A stretch of 64,000 nt of DNA, from NCBI GenBank assembly GCA_964539815.1, contig CAZIKU010000001.1:7554-71553 (forward strand). Direction: 5' to 3'. Position 1 is the first letter of the stretch, and each line of letters opens with the position of its first letter. Below the pieces are notes generated by a model, which worked only from the letters and a program-made list of their open reading frames with translations, had not been told where the DNA came from and searched no databases. The position numbers were made by a program, and so were the translations under genes. Shown piece by piece: positions 27,931 through 37,535 of the stretch. The DNA is from an uncultured Klebsiella sp. (GTDB lineage: Bacteria > Chloroflexota > Chloroflexia > Chloroflexales > Roseiflexaceae).

Positions 27931-29623
27931 CCGTACCTATGTGGTGCTCCTGATATTAATCGTAGTGATTGCATTTGGCATGGTCATGCCGAGGCAACTT
28001 GCACAACCGATCCTCTATCAAACACAGGTTCCTTTACACATAGACGTTGATCGTTATCACGAGCTTTTCGATACACAAGGTCAGCTTGACAGTGAATTTA
28101 ACGATATCCTCTTTCAAGCGCGTGCCGTGATGACCCATCGCTACCCTGGTTTTGGACAAGTGCAACTGGCAGATGCAGTGGTGCTGCAAAACAATCAACT
28201 TCTTGTTTCCATCACCACGAATACGCCAATTGAGGCAGCTACGATTGCCAACGAGTATGCTGATGTCCTGATTTTGACGATTCAAGCAGCTGGTGGCCGC
28301 GAAATTCTGCGCAATTTGTTGGGTTGGGAAACAACACTCGCACTACAGGGTCGGCCAGCCAGTGACAACGAAGCACGGTTGTTGCGTGATTTTGTACGCC
28401 TGTCAGTCTTTTCATTCAATAGACCGATTGAGCCAGTGTCTGAGTATAGTAGTGTGAGCAAACTAACTTTTGCTGACCAGAGTGACATGTTGCGTGCAGT
28501 TGAATTACATCGCATGCAACTCGAATACTTCACACTGCCACAGGCAGAAAGTGCCAAGCGTCAGCAATATCTAGACATGGTACAAAGTCTGCGACTGTTT
28601 GAGGCCGTCATTGTGCAACATGTTCCGGATTTGGCATTTAATCCGATGCGACCAGGGGAACTCTACCGCACGACGGACGCTCCATTACCAGCCACACCGC
28701 TTTCGCGGAACATCCTGGTAAGTGCTGCACTGACGCTGGTTGGCGCACTCTTGTTGACGGTAATTATCATCTGGTTTGATCAAAGCGTTGGCATTGTATC
28801 GCGCCTGCAGGACGTATGGCGTTACCGCATCCTTATTGAACACCTTGTGCGGCGAAATCTGCTCCTCCGCTACCGCGGGAGTGTCCTTGGTTTTGCATGG
28901 ACCCAAATTGCGCCACTTATGCAACTGCTTGTGTATTGGGTTGTATTTGGCTATTTCTTTCCAGGGAATTCATTGCCGCTCTACCCGTTGTTTATTGCAG
29001 TTGCATTGATTCCATGGGGATACACATCGGATGCGATTGCGACATCGGTGCGCAGTATTGTCGACAACGCGCCCCTTGTTCGCCATGCGTATTTCCCGCG
29101 GGAAATTCTGCCGATTGCGAGTGTATTGACGAGTATGGTCAATTTCTTGCTTTCCATGCCCGTATTGCTGTTGTTTCAAATAGTGATGCGATATGTGGCA
29201 ATGCACCATGTCGAAGTACCCGCCACCATTCTCTACTTTCCGGTGATTTTGTTGGTGCATACACTCTTTGTGCTTGGATGTGCGTTGCTGCTGGCAGCAA
29301 TTGCCGTCTATTCACTCGATATCATTCATTTTGTTGGAATATTCTTGCAGATATGGTTCTTTTTGACGCCGATTGTGTATGCACTCAATGGTATCAATGC
29401 CCAGTTGGCGCGCATCATCCGGTGGGCGAATCCAATGGCATCAATTATTGAGTATTACCGTGAAATATTTTATGGCCAACCTGTTCCCGCGGGGATGCTG
29501 CCAACGCCTGGCATTCCTGCAAGTGAATCAATGGTGCGTTCACTTATTACGGCGTTGTTTGTCTTGGGGGTGGGATATTGGCTGTTTCGTCGGACACATG
29601 ACTATATTAGTGAGACGCTGTAA
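27911..29623 (+). CDS. fusion protein: Wzz/PCP-like domain (TM, about 240-aa loop, Pro-rich motif, TM) joined to an ABC-2 (Wzm/TagG/KpsM-type) permease
   Basis: N-terminal half: TM at about residues 10-27, then ...APLPATPLSRNILVSAALTLVGALLL (PCP-type proline motif plus TM2). C-terminal half: WRYRILIEHLVRRNLLLRYRGSVLGFAWTQIAP plus 6 TM segments, typical of Wzm/TagG. Confidence 0.7.
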   Translation: MTLRYRNRTYVVLLILIVVIAFGMVMPRQLAQPILYQTQVPLHIDVDRYHELFDTQGQLDSEFNDILFQARAVMTHRYPGFGQVQLADAVVLQNNQLLVSITTNTPIEAATIANEYADVLILTIQAAGGREILRNLLGWETTLALQGRPASDNEARLLRDFVRLSVFSFNRPIEPVSEYSSVSKLTFADQSDMLRAVELHRMQLEYFTLPQAESAKRQQYLDMVQSLRLFEAVIVQHVPDLAFNPMRPGELYRTTDAPLPATPLSRNILVSAALTLVGALLLTVIIIWFDQSVGIVSRLQDVWRYRILIEHLVRRNLLLRYRGSVLGFAWTQIAPLMQLLVYWVVFGYFFPGNSLPLYPLFIAVALIPWGYTSDAIATSVRSIVDNAPLVRHAYFPREILPIASVLTSMVNFLLSMPVLLLFQIVMRYVAMHHVEVPATILYFPVILLVHTLFVLGCALLLAAIAVYSLDIIHFVGIFLQIWFFLTPIVYALNGINAQLARIIRWANPMASIIEYYREIFYGQPVPAGMLPTPGIPASESMVRSLITALFVLGVGYWLFRRTHDYISETL

Positions 29624-30840
29624 TGTCAGAGATTGCCATACAACTGGTAAACGTGTACAAATCATACACGCGCGGACGCATGGTGTGGCCATGGGCACGT
29701 TGGTTCACGCCCGTTACACCACAACATGATGCATTGCGTCGTATGGTAATCGATGACGTGTCGTTGTGTATCACCAAAGGTGAACGTATTGCATTAATTG
29801 GTAATAATGGTGCAGGCAAAAGTACACTCCTCAAACTGATCAGCAACATTCTTGTTCCGGACGCCGGTAAAATCACCGTCAATGGACGTATTTCGTCGTT
29901 GCTCGAGCTCGGTATCGGCTTCCATCCTGAAATGACGGGTTTCGAAAATGTCTACTTTTATGGTGCGATGATGGGATTGCGCCGGCATGAAGTAACTGCC
30001 CTGCTCCCAGAAATTGAAGCATTTGCGGATATTGGTGCGTACATCCAACAACCAGTCAAAATGTATTCATCTGGCATGTATCAGCGCTTGGCGTTTGCAA
30101 GTGCATTTGCCATGTATCCGGATATTTTGATAGCCGACGAAGGTCTCTCTGTTGGCGATGCGACTTTTCAGCAAAAGTGCTTGAATCGCATCGAGGATCT
30201 GGGACGGCAAGGAACAACTATTTTGGTTGTGGCCCATAGTGCTGCGGCCACCATGCGTATTGCATCACGCGGGATATGGCTGCATAACGGCAAAATCCAT
30301 CTCGATGGCCCGATTGCAGACGTCGCCGAGGCGTATGCATCGCATATGACGCTCGAAGCCTTTGAACGGGCTACTGTCGTGCCTGCAGGTGAAATTCAAC
30401 GTGTCTCGAATCCCTATCTATTGTTTTCTGAGTCGATTCGTGTCAGTGCTGTGCGTATACAGGCGACAGATAACATATGGGATGTCACTACGCCATTGGT
30501 GCTCTATGCGGATGTCGATGTGCATGCGACTGAGTATATTGGACGAATGCGCGTGCGCATCATCGGAGCCGCAGAAAATACACCGGTAATCGAGAACGAC
30601 TATGTTGCTGCGGATACTAAAACATTCCGTCATGGAGTGCAAACGGTGCGCATCACGGTACCGCCACAATCACTCAAACCTGGTTTGTATCGTATCGGAG
30701 TGGCGATTTTTACATCGGATGCAACAGACCGCGAAGCCGCAAATTCTACGCTCTTTGTGCGAGTGACGAATGCACATTCGGCTCCTGATGCTGCGTGGCT
30801 TACGACGAATTCAATAATGATCGAAGATGCCAATGCCTAA
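29623..30840 (+). CDS. polysaccharide/teichoic-acid-type ABC transporter ATPase (Wzt/TagH-like) with an approximately 150-aa C-terminal extension
   Basis: Walker A GNNGAGKST, signature YSSGMYQRLAFA, Walker B ILIADEGLSVGD. The beta-rich C-terminal extension sits where Wzt carbohydrate-binding domains are found. TAATG overlap with the permease gene. Confidence 0.85.
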   Translation: MSEIAIQLVNVYKSYTRGRMVWPWARWFTPVTPQHDALRRMVIDDVSLCITKGERIALIGNNGAGKSTLLKLISNILVPDAGKITVNGRISSLLELGIGFHPEMTGFENVYFYGAMMGLRRHEVTALLPEIEAFADIGAYIQQPVKMYSSGMYQRLAFASAFAMYPDILIADEGLSVGDATFQQKCLNRIEDLGRQGTTILVVAHSAAATMRIASRGIWLHNGKIHLDGPIADVAEAYASHMTLEAFERATVVPAGEIQRVSNPYLLFSESIRVSAVRIQATDNIWDVTTPLVLYADVDVHATEYIGRMRVRIIGAAENTPVIENDYVAADTKTFRHGVQTVRITVPPQSLKPGLYRIGVAIFTSDATDREAANSTLFVRVTNAHSAPDAAWLTTNSIMIEDANA

Positions 30841-32104
30841 ACAGTGGCTACCATACATCTTGCTCGTGTTGATATTGCATGGGTGTGCTGCAGCAGCACC
30901 TGTGACTCCCCCTGCACCAACTCCAATACTCCCCACTCCTAATCCGAGTGGCTTAATCGAAATAGACACCTCCGACCAAATCGACTCCGAATTGACGACG
31001 TTGGGTGCCTTTCCCCGTATCGATGAGGTCGAGTTTGGTGTCGTCGCACATCTTTTTTATACAGATAGAAATCGCGCGTTGACACTCGCACAAATTGCAG
31101 GGTTTGATTGGGTGCGTCAGCAAATCCATTGGAAAGATGTGGAAGCATCGCCAGGTGTCTACTATTGGGATGAAATCGACCGTATCATCGAAGATTCGTC
31201 GGGATTTAATACCAAATTGATGATTAGCATTGTGCAGGCACCTGAATTTTATGAAAAAAATCACGGTATCCCGATTGACCCCAAACCATTCGGAGACTTT
31301 GTGGCCAACATGATTGATCGATATGGTGGCTTGGTGACCGCCGTAGAAATATGGAACGAACCAAATCTCGCTATCGAAAATGGTGGTCGTATCGATGAAG
31401 AAGCAGTCGGTCATTATGCCGAAATGCTGATGGAAGGGTACCGGCGCATCAAAGAAAAACGCCCCTATACATATGTCATTGCTGCCGCCCCATCGTCTAC
31501 CGGTGTCAACGACGTGAATTTGGCGATGGACGACGAGAAATATCTCCGTACGCTGTATGCCTATAAAAACGGTGCAGTTAAAAACTTTTTCGATGCCCAA
31601 GGTGTCCACCCTGGTGCTGCAGCAAACCCTCCTGATACGCTGTGGCCGGATAAACCAGGCAATCCAATCGGGTGGAATGATCATCCATCGCACTATTTTC
31701 GCCATGTAGAAAACATCCGTGCACTGATGGTTGAGGCAGGCTTGGCAGAAAAACAAATCTGGCTCACCGAATATGGTTGGGCAACAGCGAACAACACGCC
31801 CGGGTATGAGTATGGGAATGCGGTTTCACTCGAAGATCAGGCGGCATTTACTGTGGCTGCTGAACAAATGGTCTATGAAAAATATCGCGACGAAACTGGG
31901 CGATCATGGATTGGTGTGATGTTTTTGTGGAATCTGAATTTTGCCATCCTGTGGGGACAAGAAGGCAACCCGAATCACGAACAAGCCGCGTACGGCATCT
32001 TGAATCCGGATTGGAGTCCTCGTCCTGTGTTTATTGCGCTCCAAGGAATCAATGAGCGGATAAAAAAAGAACAAGGAAAATGGCGGCCATTACCACCGCC
32101 ATAA
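30827..32104 (+). CDS. lipoprotein, clan GH-A glycoside hydrolase (GH5/GH39/GH30-like)
   Basis: Lipobox-like LILHGC after an N-terminal hydrophobic segment. VEIWNEPN (acid/base) and WLTEYGW (nucleophile) motifs of (beta/alpha)8 clan GH-A. Confidence 0.7.
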   Translation: MPMPKQWLPYILLVLILHGCAAAAPVTPPAPTPILPTPNPSGLIEIDTSDQIDSELTTLGAFPRIDEVEFGVVAHLFYTDRNRALTLAQIAGFDWVRQQIHWKDVEASPGVYYWDEIDRIIEDSSGFNTKLMISIVQAPEFYEKNHGIPIDPKPFGDFVANMIDRYGGLVTAVEIWNEPNLAIENGGRIDEEAVGHYAEMLMEGYRRIKEKRPYTYVIAAAPSSTGVNDVNLAMDDEKYLRTLYAYKNGAVKNFFDAQGVHPGAAANPPDTLWPDKPGNPIGWNDHPSHYFRHVENIRALMVEAGLAEKQIWLTEYGWATANNTPGYEYGNAVSLEDQAAFTVAAEQMVYEKYRDETGRSWIGVMFLWNLNFAILWGQEGNPNHEQAAYGILNPDWSPRPVFIALQGINERIKKEQGKWRPLPPP

Positions 32105-32134
32105 TCCGTCTCGCTGCAATTGAACATGTACTGT

Positions 32135-33403
32135 TTAGTCGTCGTACCCAATAAACCGCATGGCAGTTATCGCCAACGTTTTGGCCACGTGGACAAGTTC
32201 TGCCACGGGTACGTTTTCATCTGGCTTGTGCGCAAGTCGCACATCACCTGGCCCATACATAACAGTTGGCATCCCACCGTGTAACACAAACAGTCGCATA
32301 TCTGCACCGTACGGCATTCCTTCGAATGTGACGGTACCACCGAGGTCGCGATGTGCGTCTGCTAGCGTGTGCACAATTGGATGCGCCATGTCGGTTTCTG
32401 CAGGTTCAAATGTGCCACCCCACCATTCCACGATGGGGGGATGATCACGCAACCAGGGATCGTTTTGTGCGACCCGCCGCACGGCATCTTCGAGTTCGCG
32501 TCGGGCAGCCTGCGAGTCTTCACCAATACCAATGCCATATCGCCCCTCTGCCACGAGAATTTCGGGAACGCTCGATGGCCAATTCCCCGCATGTACCGTG
32601 CCAATGCTGAGGGGATAGGGCAAGCGGTAGTTGTGAAAGAGTGGATGTCGCATGCGCGCATTGCGTTCGGATTCGAGTGCGATGAGTGCTTGATGGATGA
32701 GTATGTACTTTTCGACCGCACTGACACCTTCTTCGCGGTAACATCCGTGTGCGGACAACCCTGGCACCGTAATGCGCACATTGTGTGCACCCGCTTGTGC
32801 AGGTGCGATGGCCATTCGTGTTGGTTCTGGGATGATGACTGCATCTGCGGTGTAGCCCCGTACGATGCCAGCCAATGTGCCACACCCACCGTCTTCTTCA
32901 CCAATCACACTTTGTACATGCAAGCGACCGTTGAGTCGAATTCCTGCGTGGTGGATTGCCCGTGCAGCCCATACCGCGGCAATCAGTCCACCTTTCATGT
33001 CGAGTGCACCTCTGCCGTACATGCGCCCATCGACGATTGATGCGTGCCATGGATGGTGGTGCCAGTTGGCATGGTCGCCTTCAGGGACGACATCAATATG
33101 CCCATTGAAAATTAACGATTTCCCGCCATTGTCACTGCCTAGTGTGCCGACGACACCGAGCCCTGCGCTCCGCTCAATTTCCCACGAAAAACCAGGATGC
33201 TGTTGTAGTGTGGCAAAGTCGATATCCCAGACATCAACTTCGAGACCAGAGTAGCTCATGATATGTGCAACATGGCGGTGAGCATCGCTTTCGTGGTTGC
33301 CAAAACTTTGAAAGCTGACGATTTGTGTTAACGCGTCTAACATGCTTGCTTCATCGAAATGGGCAAGTACGCGCGCTTCACTACTGTTCTGTGCGTGCGT
33401 CAT
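32135..33403 (-). CDS. M20-family deacylase (ArgE/DapE/acetylornithine deacetylase-like)
   Basis: FNGHIDVVP and SVIGEEDGGCG motifs. 422 aa. Confidence 0.85.
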   Translation of the reverse strand: MTHAQNSSEARVLAHFDEASMLDALTQIVSFQSFGNHESDAHRHVAHIMSYSGLEVDVWDIDFATLQQHPGFSWEIERSAGLGVVGTLGSDNGGKSLIFNGHIDVVPEGDHANWHHHPWHASIVDGRMYGRGALDMKGGLIAAVWAARAIHHAGIRLNGRLHVQSVIGEEDGGCGTLAGIVRGYTADAVIIPEPTRMAIAPAQAGAHNVRITVPGLSAHGCYREEGVSAVEKYILIHQALIALESERNARMRHPLFHNYRLPYPLSIGTVHAGNWPSSVPEILVAEGRYGIGIGEDSQAARRELEDAVRRVAQNDPWLRDHPPIVEWWGGTFEPAETDMAHPIVHTLADAHRDLGGTVTFEGMPYGADMRLFVLHGGMPTVMYGPGDVRLAHKPDENVPVAELVHVAKTLAITAMRFIGYDD

Positions 33404-33412
33404 TGGGTTGCT

Positions 33413-34282
33413 CTAGTCTCGTAGTAATGGTCGGGTCAGACAGGTTGGTCCGCCTTCAGCCTTCAAGGAAATTTCATTACCGCGGTACGTTTGCACTTCG
33501 CACCCCGCATCACTCAACAGCCGTGCCGTGATTGGGTTACAGTCGAGCATCAAACAGACTTTGGGGGCAATAGCGAGGACATTGGTGGCCATGGTGTCAT
33601 ATTCACTCGCAGGAATCTCGATCAACTTCATATTGCGGCGTTTGAGTTCCTGATACATGGCAGTCGGCATGAGTGGTAAATGCACAACAGCCATATCATG
33701 GTCGACCATAGAAATGAACGATAGTAAGTGCAGGCAGGCTTCTGGACCGGTGTAATACGGTAAATCATACGAAATGACAGTGACGCCATGCGGAGTGAGC
33801 ATCTCGCGAATTTGCTGAACGGCTGCATAATTAGTACGGAAGCCAACGCCAATCATCAGGGTGTGGTCATCGACCCACATCGTATCGCCACCTTCGGCGC
33901 GTGCATCACCCGTGAGTTGGCCGAGGATTGGGATACCGTGCTTCTGCATACTTTGCCCGATGGCCTGTTCTTCCCCGACGCGCAGTGGTTTGCCCATATG
34001 CAGGAGAATGGCACCGTGATTGGTAACAATGGCTGGATCAAAACAAAAAATCGCATCTGCGTGATCGGGCAGTGCAGTATCGTGCATGATGACTTCACAC
34101 CCTGCGCGGCGTAGCGTGTCACAGAGTGCGGCATGTTCTGCGAGTGCACCGTTTTTGTCTGGCTGTGATGTATAGTGCCAGCGTAATGGGTCGGCCTGAT
34201 AAAATGCACGATCAGGTGTTCTGAGCATGACTTTGCGCAATTGACTGACCATGTTTTGGGATCCATACGTACGTACACTCAT
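33413..34282 (-). CDS. amidinotransferase-fold enzyme (dimethylarginine dimethylaminohydrolase / arginine deiminase-like)
   Basis: C-terminal EGGPTCLTRPL carries the catalytic Cys motif of the DDAH/ADI guanidino-modifying superfamily. I chose the start at MSVRTYG (AAAGG upstream). Confidence 0.7.
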   Translation of the reverse strand: MSVRTYGSQNMVSQLRKVMLRTPDRAFYQADPLRWHYTSQPDKNGALAEHAALCDTLRRAGCEVIMHDTALPDHADAIFCFDPAIVTNHGAILLHMGKPLRVGEEQAIGQSMQKHGIPILGQLTGDARAEGGDTMWVDDHTLMIGVGFRTNYAAVQQIREMLTPHGVTVISYDLPYYTGPEACLHLLSFISMVDHDMAVVHLPLMPTAMYQELKRRNMKLIEIPASEYDTMATNVLAIAPKVCLMLDCNPITARLLSDAGCEVQTYRGNEISLKAEGGPTCLTRPLLRD

Positions 34283-34333
34283 AACACAACCTTTCATCAA
34301 AACAAACTCGTCATCGACGTTGGAAAAAGAACA

Positions 34334-35719
34334 CTAGAGACCCATGGTGCGGACGATAAGTTCGTCAACTGTAACACTTCCTGATGTATGTAACTTGTAT
34401 GCCTTTGCGGCATGGGTAGGATACACACGAAGTGAACATACGGCATATTTCCCTACATAGACTTCAATGATGGAGCGATCGATATAGATATGCAAGGTGA
34501 TTGTTGCCCCAATCGATGGATGTAACGGGATGGTATAGCTATCTTTGGCTGTATTTTGATTCAGACTGCTCTGCGCCATACTCAAAGTGACGGTGTTTGC
34601 CTGGCGATTCCACGTTACGGTTGTTTGTTCGCCGCTCTGTGCATCATGGCGCAAACATAAAGTAACGAGCGCATCTGCGCTACCAGTGAGTGTGGCATGA
34701 ATGGCCAGGCTGTCACCTTGCACATGGGCCAATGCCAATTGTGTCTGCGCAACGGATGTATCGCGCGCATGCACTAACGTCTCTTGTTCGAGCGCAGTGA
34801 CTTCTGGTGCGACAGTGTAGGTCATATCGCCTGCGTCATCGAGTGCCAACACACGAGGTAACGTCATAACGCCTTGCCAGCCTTCGGCACGGCACGCACT
34901 TTCGTGGCGCTGTTCTTGGCACCAGCCAATCATTATCCGCCGTCCTTGTGCATCGGTAAAACTTTGTGGTGCATAGAAACTTACACCATGGTCGACATAA
35001 TCACGGTTTTGTGGTGTGAATGTCCGACCGTTGAATTGGCCACTCATGTAGATTACCCGTCGCATCGGGAGTGGGGACGTAATGAATACGTGCTTGTTGT
35101 TACTGGCAAAAAAATCAGGACACTCGTAGAGTTGTTCGTTGACCGTGTCTTCTGACTGAATAAGACGGCCGAGATATTCCCATTGCAACAAATCACGGGA
35201 ACGAAACAGTGGCGCAACAGCACGTACCCCATCACCAGAACCGAGCACTTGATACCAAAATTCCCCATCGTGCCACATCGTATGGTCACGAAAATCATAG
35301 ACCAAATTGTCGGGCAGGGTGCGGATGACAGGGTTCTCTGGTGCCTTGGTAAACGCACGCATCGTGTCATCAGCATAGGCTAGGCATGGAAGTTGATAGG
35401 GGTTATTTACGCCGGTGTAGACGATGACGGGTTTCCCATTGTGCACAATGGCGCATCCTGAGAATACACCATCACGGTCATATGGTTGGTCGGGTGCAAG
35501 TGCAATCGGCAGATCCTCCCAGTGCACTAAATCTCGACTGACTGCATGTCCCCAGTGCATTGCACCCCAATATGCCGCATGTGGATTGTACTGATAAAAC
35601 ATATGATACTCACCACGCCAATGAATAAGTCCATTTGGATCATTTATCCACTGTTGAGGTGCAGTAAAGTGATATCGTGGTCGATGTCGATCTGTGCTCG
35701 ATTCGTATCGTTTTTCCAT
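34334..35719 (-). CDS. GH32 beta-fructofuranosidase / sucrose-6-phosphate hydrolase-like
   Basis: RPRYHFTAPQQWINDPNGL (WMNDPNG block), FRDH (RDP block) and ECPDFF (EC block). Confidence 0.9.
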   Translation of the reverse strand: MEKRYESSTDRHRPRYHFTAPQQWINDPNGLIHWRGEYHMFYQYNPHAAYWGAMHWGHAVSRDLVHWEDLPIALAPDQPYDRDGVFSGCAIVHNGKPVIVYTGVNNPYQLPCLAYADDTMRAFTKAPENPVIRTLPDNLVYDFRDHTMWHDGEFWYQVLGSGDGVRAVAPLFRSRDLLQWEYLGRLIQSEDTVNEQLYECPDFFASNNKHVFITSPLPMRRVIYMSGQFNGRTFTPQNRDYVDHGVSFYAPQSFTDAQGRRIMIGWCQEQRHESACRAEGWQGVMTLPRVLALDDAGDMTYTVAPEVTALEQETLVHARDTSVAQTQLALAHVQGDSLAIHATLTGSADALVTLCLRHDAQSGEQTTVTWNRQANTVTLSMAQSSLNQNTAKDSYTIPLHPSIGATITLHIYIDRSIIEVYVGKYAVCSLRVYPTHAAKAYKLHTSGSVTVDELIVRTMGL

Positions 35720-35914
35720 TGTTTCCTCACATTGCTTGTGCGCAATTTGCTGACGTAGGAATTATACTATTGTTACATGATGCTGTTGTATCGGCCTAGC
35801 TATGTATGTGTGCCACGGATAGTAGACTGTAGTGCACAATATTGCATATAATATATCTCACGCGCATTTTTCACACTTCACATAAATTCAGCATACATCG
35901 AATACGGAGGTCGT

Positions 35915-37522
35915 GTGGAGGCTTTCTCTAAATCAAAACACATGCAATCGCGCATTATTGCCCTGGTCGTTTCAGTGGCAATGTGTGCCTCGTTGTATCT
36001 CCTTTTTACCCCACGTTGGGAGACCAACGATGATATCGGTATGTCAATGGTGGCACATGGGTATGGAACTACGGCATATGCATCGGCCAACCTGATATTT
36101 TCGAATGTTATTTGGGGATATGTTATTCAATTACTCCCAACGGTGAACGGTGTACTAGGGTATTCGCTTGCTGCTATTCTGGTGATGATTATTAGTTGTA
36201 GCGTTTTACTGTACATATTACATCATGCGCAATCAGCATGGTTATTCGGAGTTGTTGTCACATTCGTAATTTTTCTGCGACCATTATTATTCCCGCAATT
36301 TACTATCAACGCTGGCATGATGACACTTGCGGGGATCGTATGTTGGATGCGATTTAGGCATCATCAATCAATCCAACTCGTTGTGGTCGGTTGTGTTTGT
36401 GTATTTCTAGGGTATCTTATTCGTAATCAAGAAGCATATCTTCTTTTGTTGGTTGCATCACCGCTGATACCATGGATTTTGATTTGGCGTCATTATCATG
36501 CGCGTCTTGCGCTATTCGTAACAGTTGCTGCCGTTGTTGGTGCGTTTTTGCTTGATGCACAGGCGTATTCGGCGAGCGAATGGCGTCAATTCAACAACTT
36601 GAATCAGATCCGCGCTCAGTTTACAGATTACAATGCAGATAAATACATCAAAGCACGCCCAGAAATCATGGCAAAATATGGCTACAGTGAAAATGACATA
36701 AATCTTGTGCGAAATTGGTTTTTTGTTGATGCGTCATTGGTAAATCCACAGACACTATCTCAAATGCTTGCCGAACTTGGTCCGATTTCAGCGAAACTTG
36801 GAGAGATGAAAAGTGGGTGGGCGAGTATCCAAGCGTTAGCGCATCCTCAATTACGACTGTTGTTTGTGTTGGCAATATGTTTCTTGGTGTTGAATCAAAG
36901 TAGCCGGGTGTTTCTTAGTTGGATACTCTGTGTTATTGCTGTTTTTCTCATGGGAATATATGGGCGACCAGGGGTACTCCGCGTGTATGTGCCTCTTGAA
37001 TCGCTGTTGATTGTAGCACCATTGCTTGTGCAAAATGCTCATTCATATACGACATGGCATAGAATTCGCAAAATTATGACATTTCTTTTGGTGTGCATTA
37101 TTGTTGTCCCATATACCATTCACGTAACTTCAGAATCAGTACGTTCGACTGCTCAAATGGCGCAACTGCAAGCTGATTTTCGTGATTTCCCACGTGATGA
37201 AGTTGTTGTGTGGGGGGCGTCATTCCCCTTTGAAGCGATGTATCCAGTATTGCAACAATCTCCGATTGCGATGCAATATCAGCTCCATAGTCTTGGTGCG
37301 TTTACGACTGCACCTTTCTCACGAGCTTTTGTTGCGCATCACGCAGGGAATGGCATGGTTGCTACATTGCTGTCTCGTGGTGGTATTCGTGTGCTTGCTG
37401 CTCCATTTCAATTTGAATTGCTTCGCATCTATTGTGCAGAACATTACAGTGGCGAACTCATCGATCTGTCACAACAACAATTTGGCAAACTACAAATGCG
37501 ACACGTTCGCTGTATCAAATAA
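35915..37522 (+). CDS. polytopic membrane protein, unknown function (visibly A+T-richer gene)
   Basis: 535 aa with about 9-10 TM segments. WETNDD lies in the first loop. GTG start with GGAGG 4 nt upstream. Confidence 0.6.
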   Translation: MEAFSKSKHMQSRIIALVVSVAMCASLYLLFTPRWETNDDIGMSMVAHGYGTTAYASANLIFSNVIWGYVIQLLPTVNGVLGYSLAAILVMIISCSVLLYILHHAQSAWLFGVVVTFVIFLRPLLFPQFTINAGMMTLAGIVCWMRFRHHQSIQLVVVGCVCVFLGYLIRNQEAYLLLLVASPLIPWILIWRHYHARLALFVTVAAVVGAFLLDAQAYSASEWRQFNNLNQIRAQFTDYNADKYIKARPEIMAKYGYSENDINLVRNWFFVDASLVNPQTLSQMLAELGPISAKLGEMKSGWASIQALAHPQLRLLFVLAICFLVLNQSSRVFLSWILCVIAVFLMGIYGRPGVLRVYVPLESLLIVAPLLVQNAHSYTTWHRIRKIMTFLLVCIIVVPYTIHVTSESVRSTAQMAQLQADFRDFPRDEVVVWGASFPFEAMYPVLQQSPIAMQYQLHSLGAFTTAPFSRAFVAHHAGNGMVATLLSRGGIRVLAAPFQFELLRIYCAEHYSGELIDLSQQQFGKLQMRHVRCIK

Positions 37523-37535
37523 ATAGGGCATCGTA

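Noticed and set aside
30953-31756. Long antisense ORFs lying wholly inside well-supported genes. Examples: 30953-31756 (267 aa), 40654-41373 (239 aa), 50125-50892 (255 aa), 59508-60209 (233 aa), 32369-33040 (223 aa), 26348-26983 (211 aa), 27160-27732 (190 aa), 14713-15285 (190 aa)
   Set aside because: Each overlaps a gene with strong family motifs on the other strand or frame. Their translations are low-complexity (Cys/Arg/His-rich) with no motifs or Shine-Dalgarno sites. They are most simply shadow ORFs produced by the codon usage. Antisense coding cannot be excluded without ribosome profiling.
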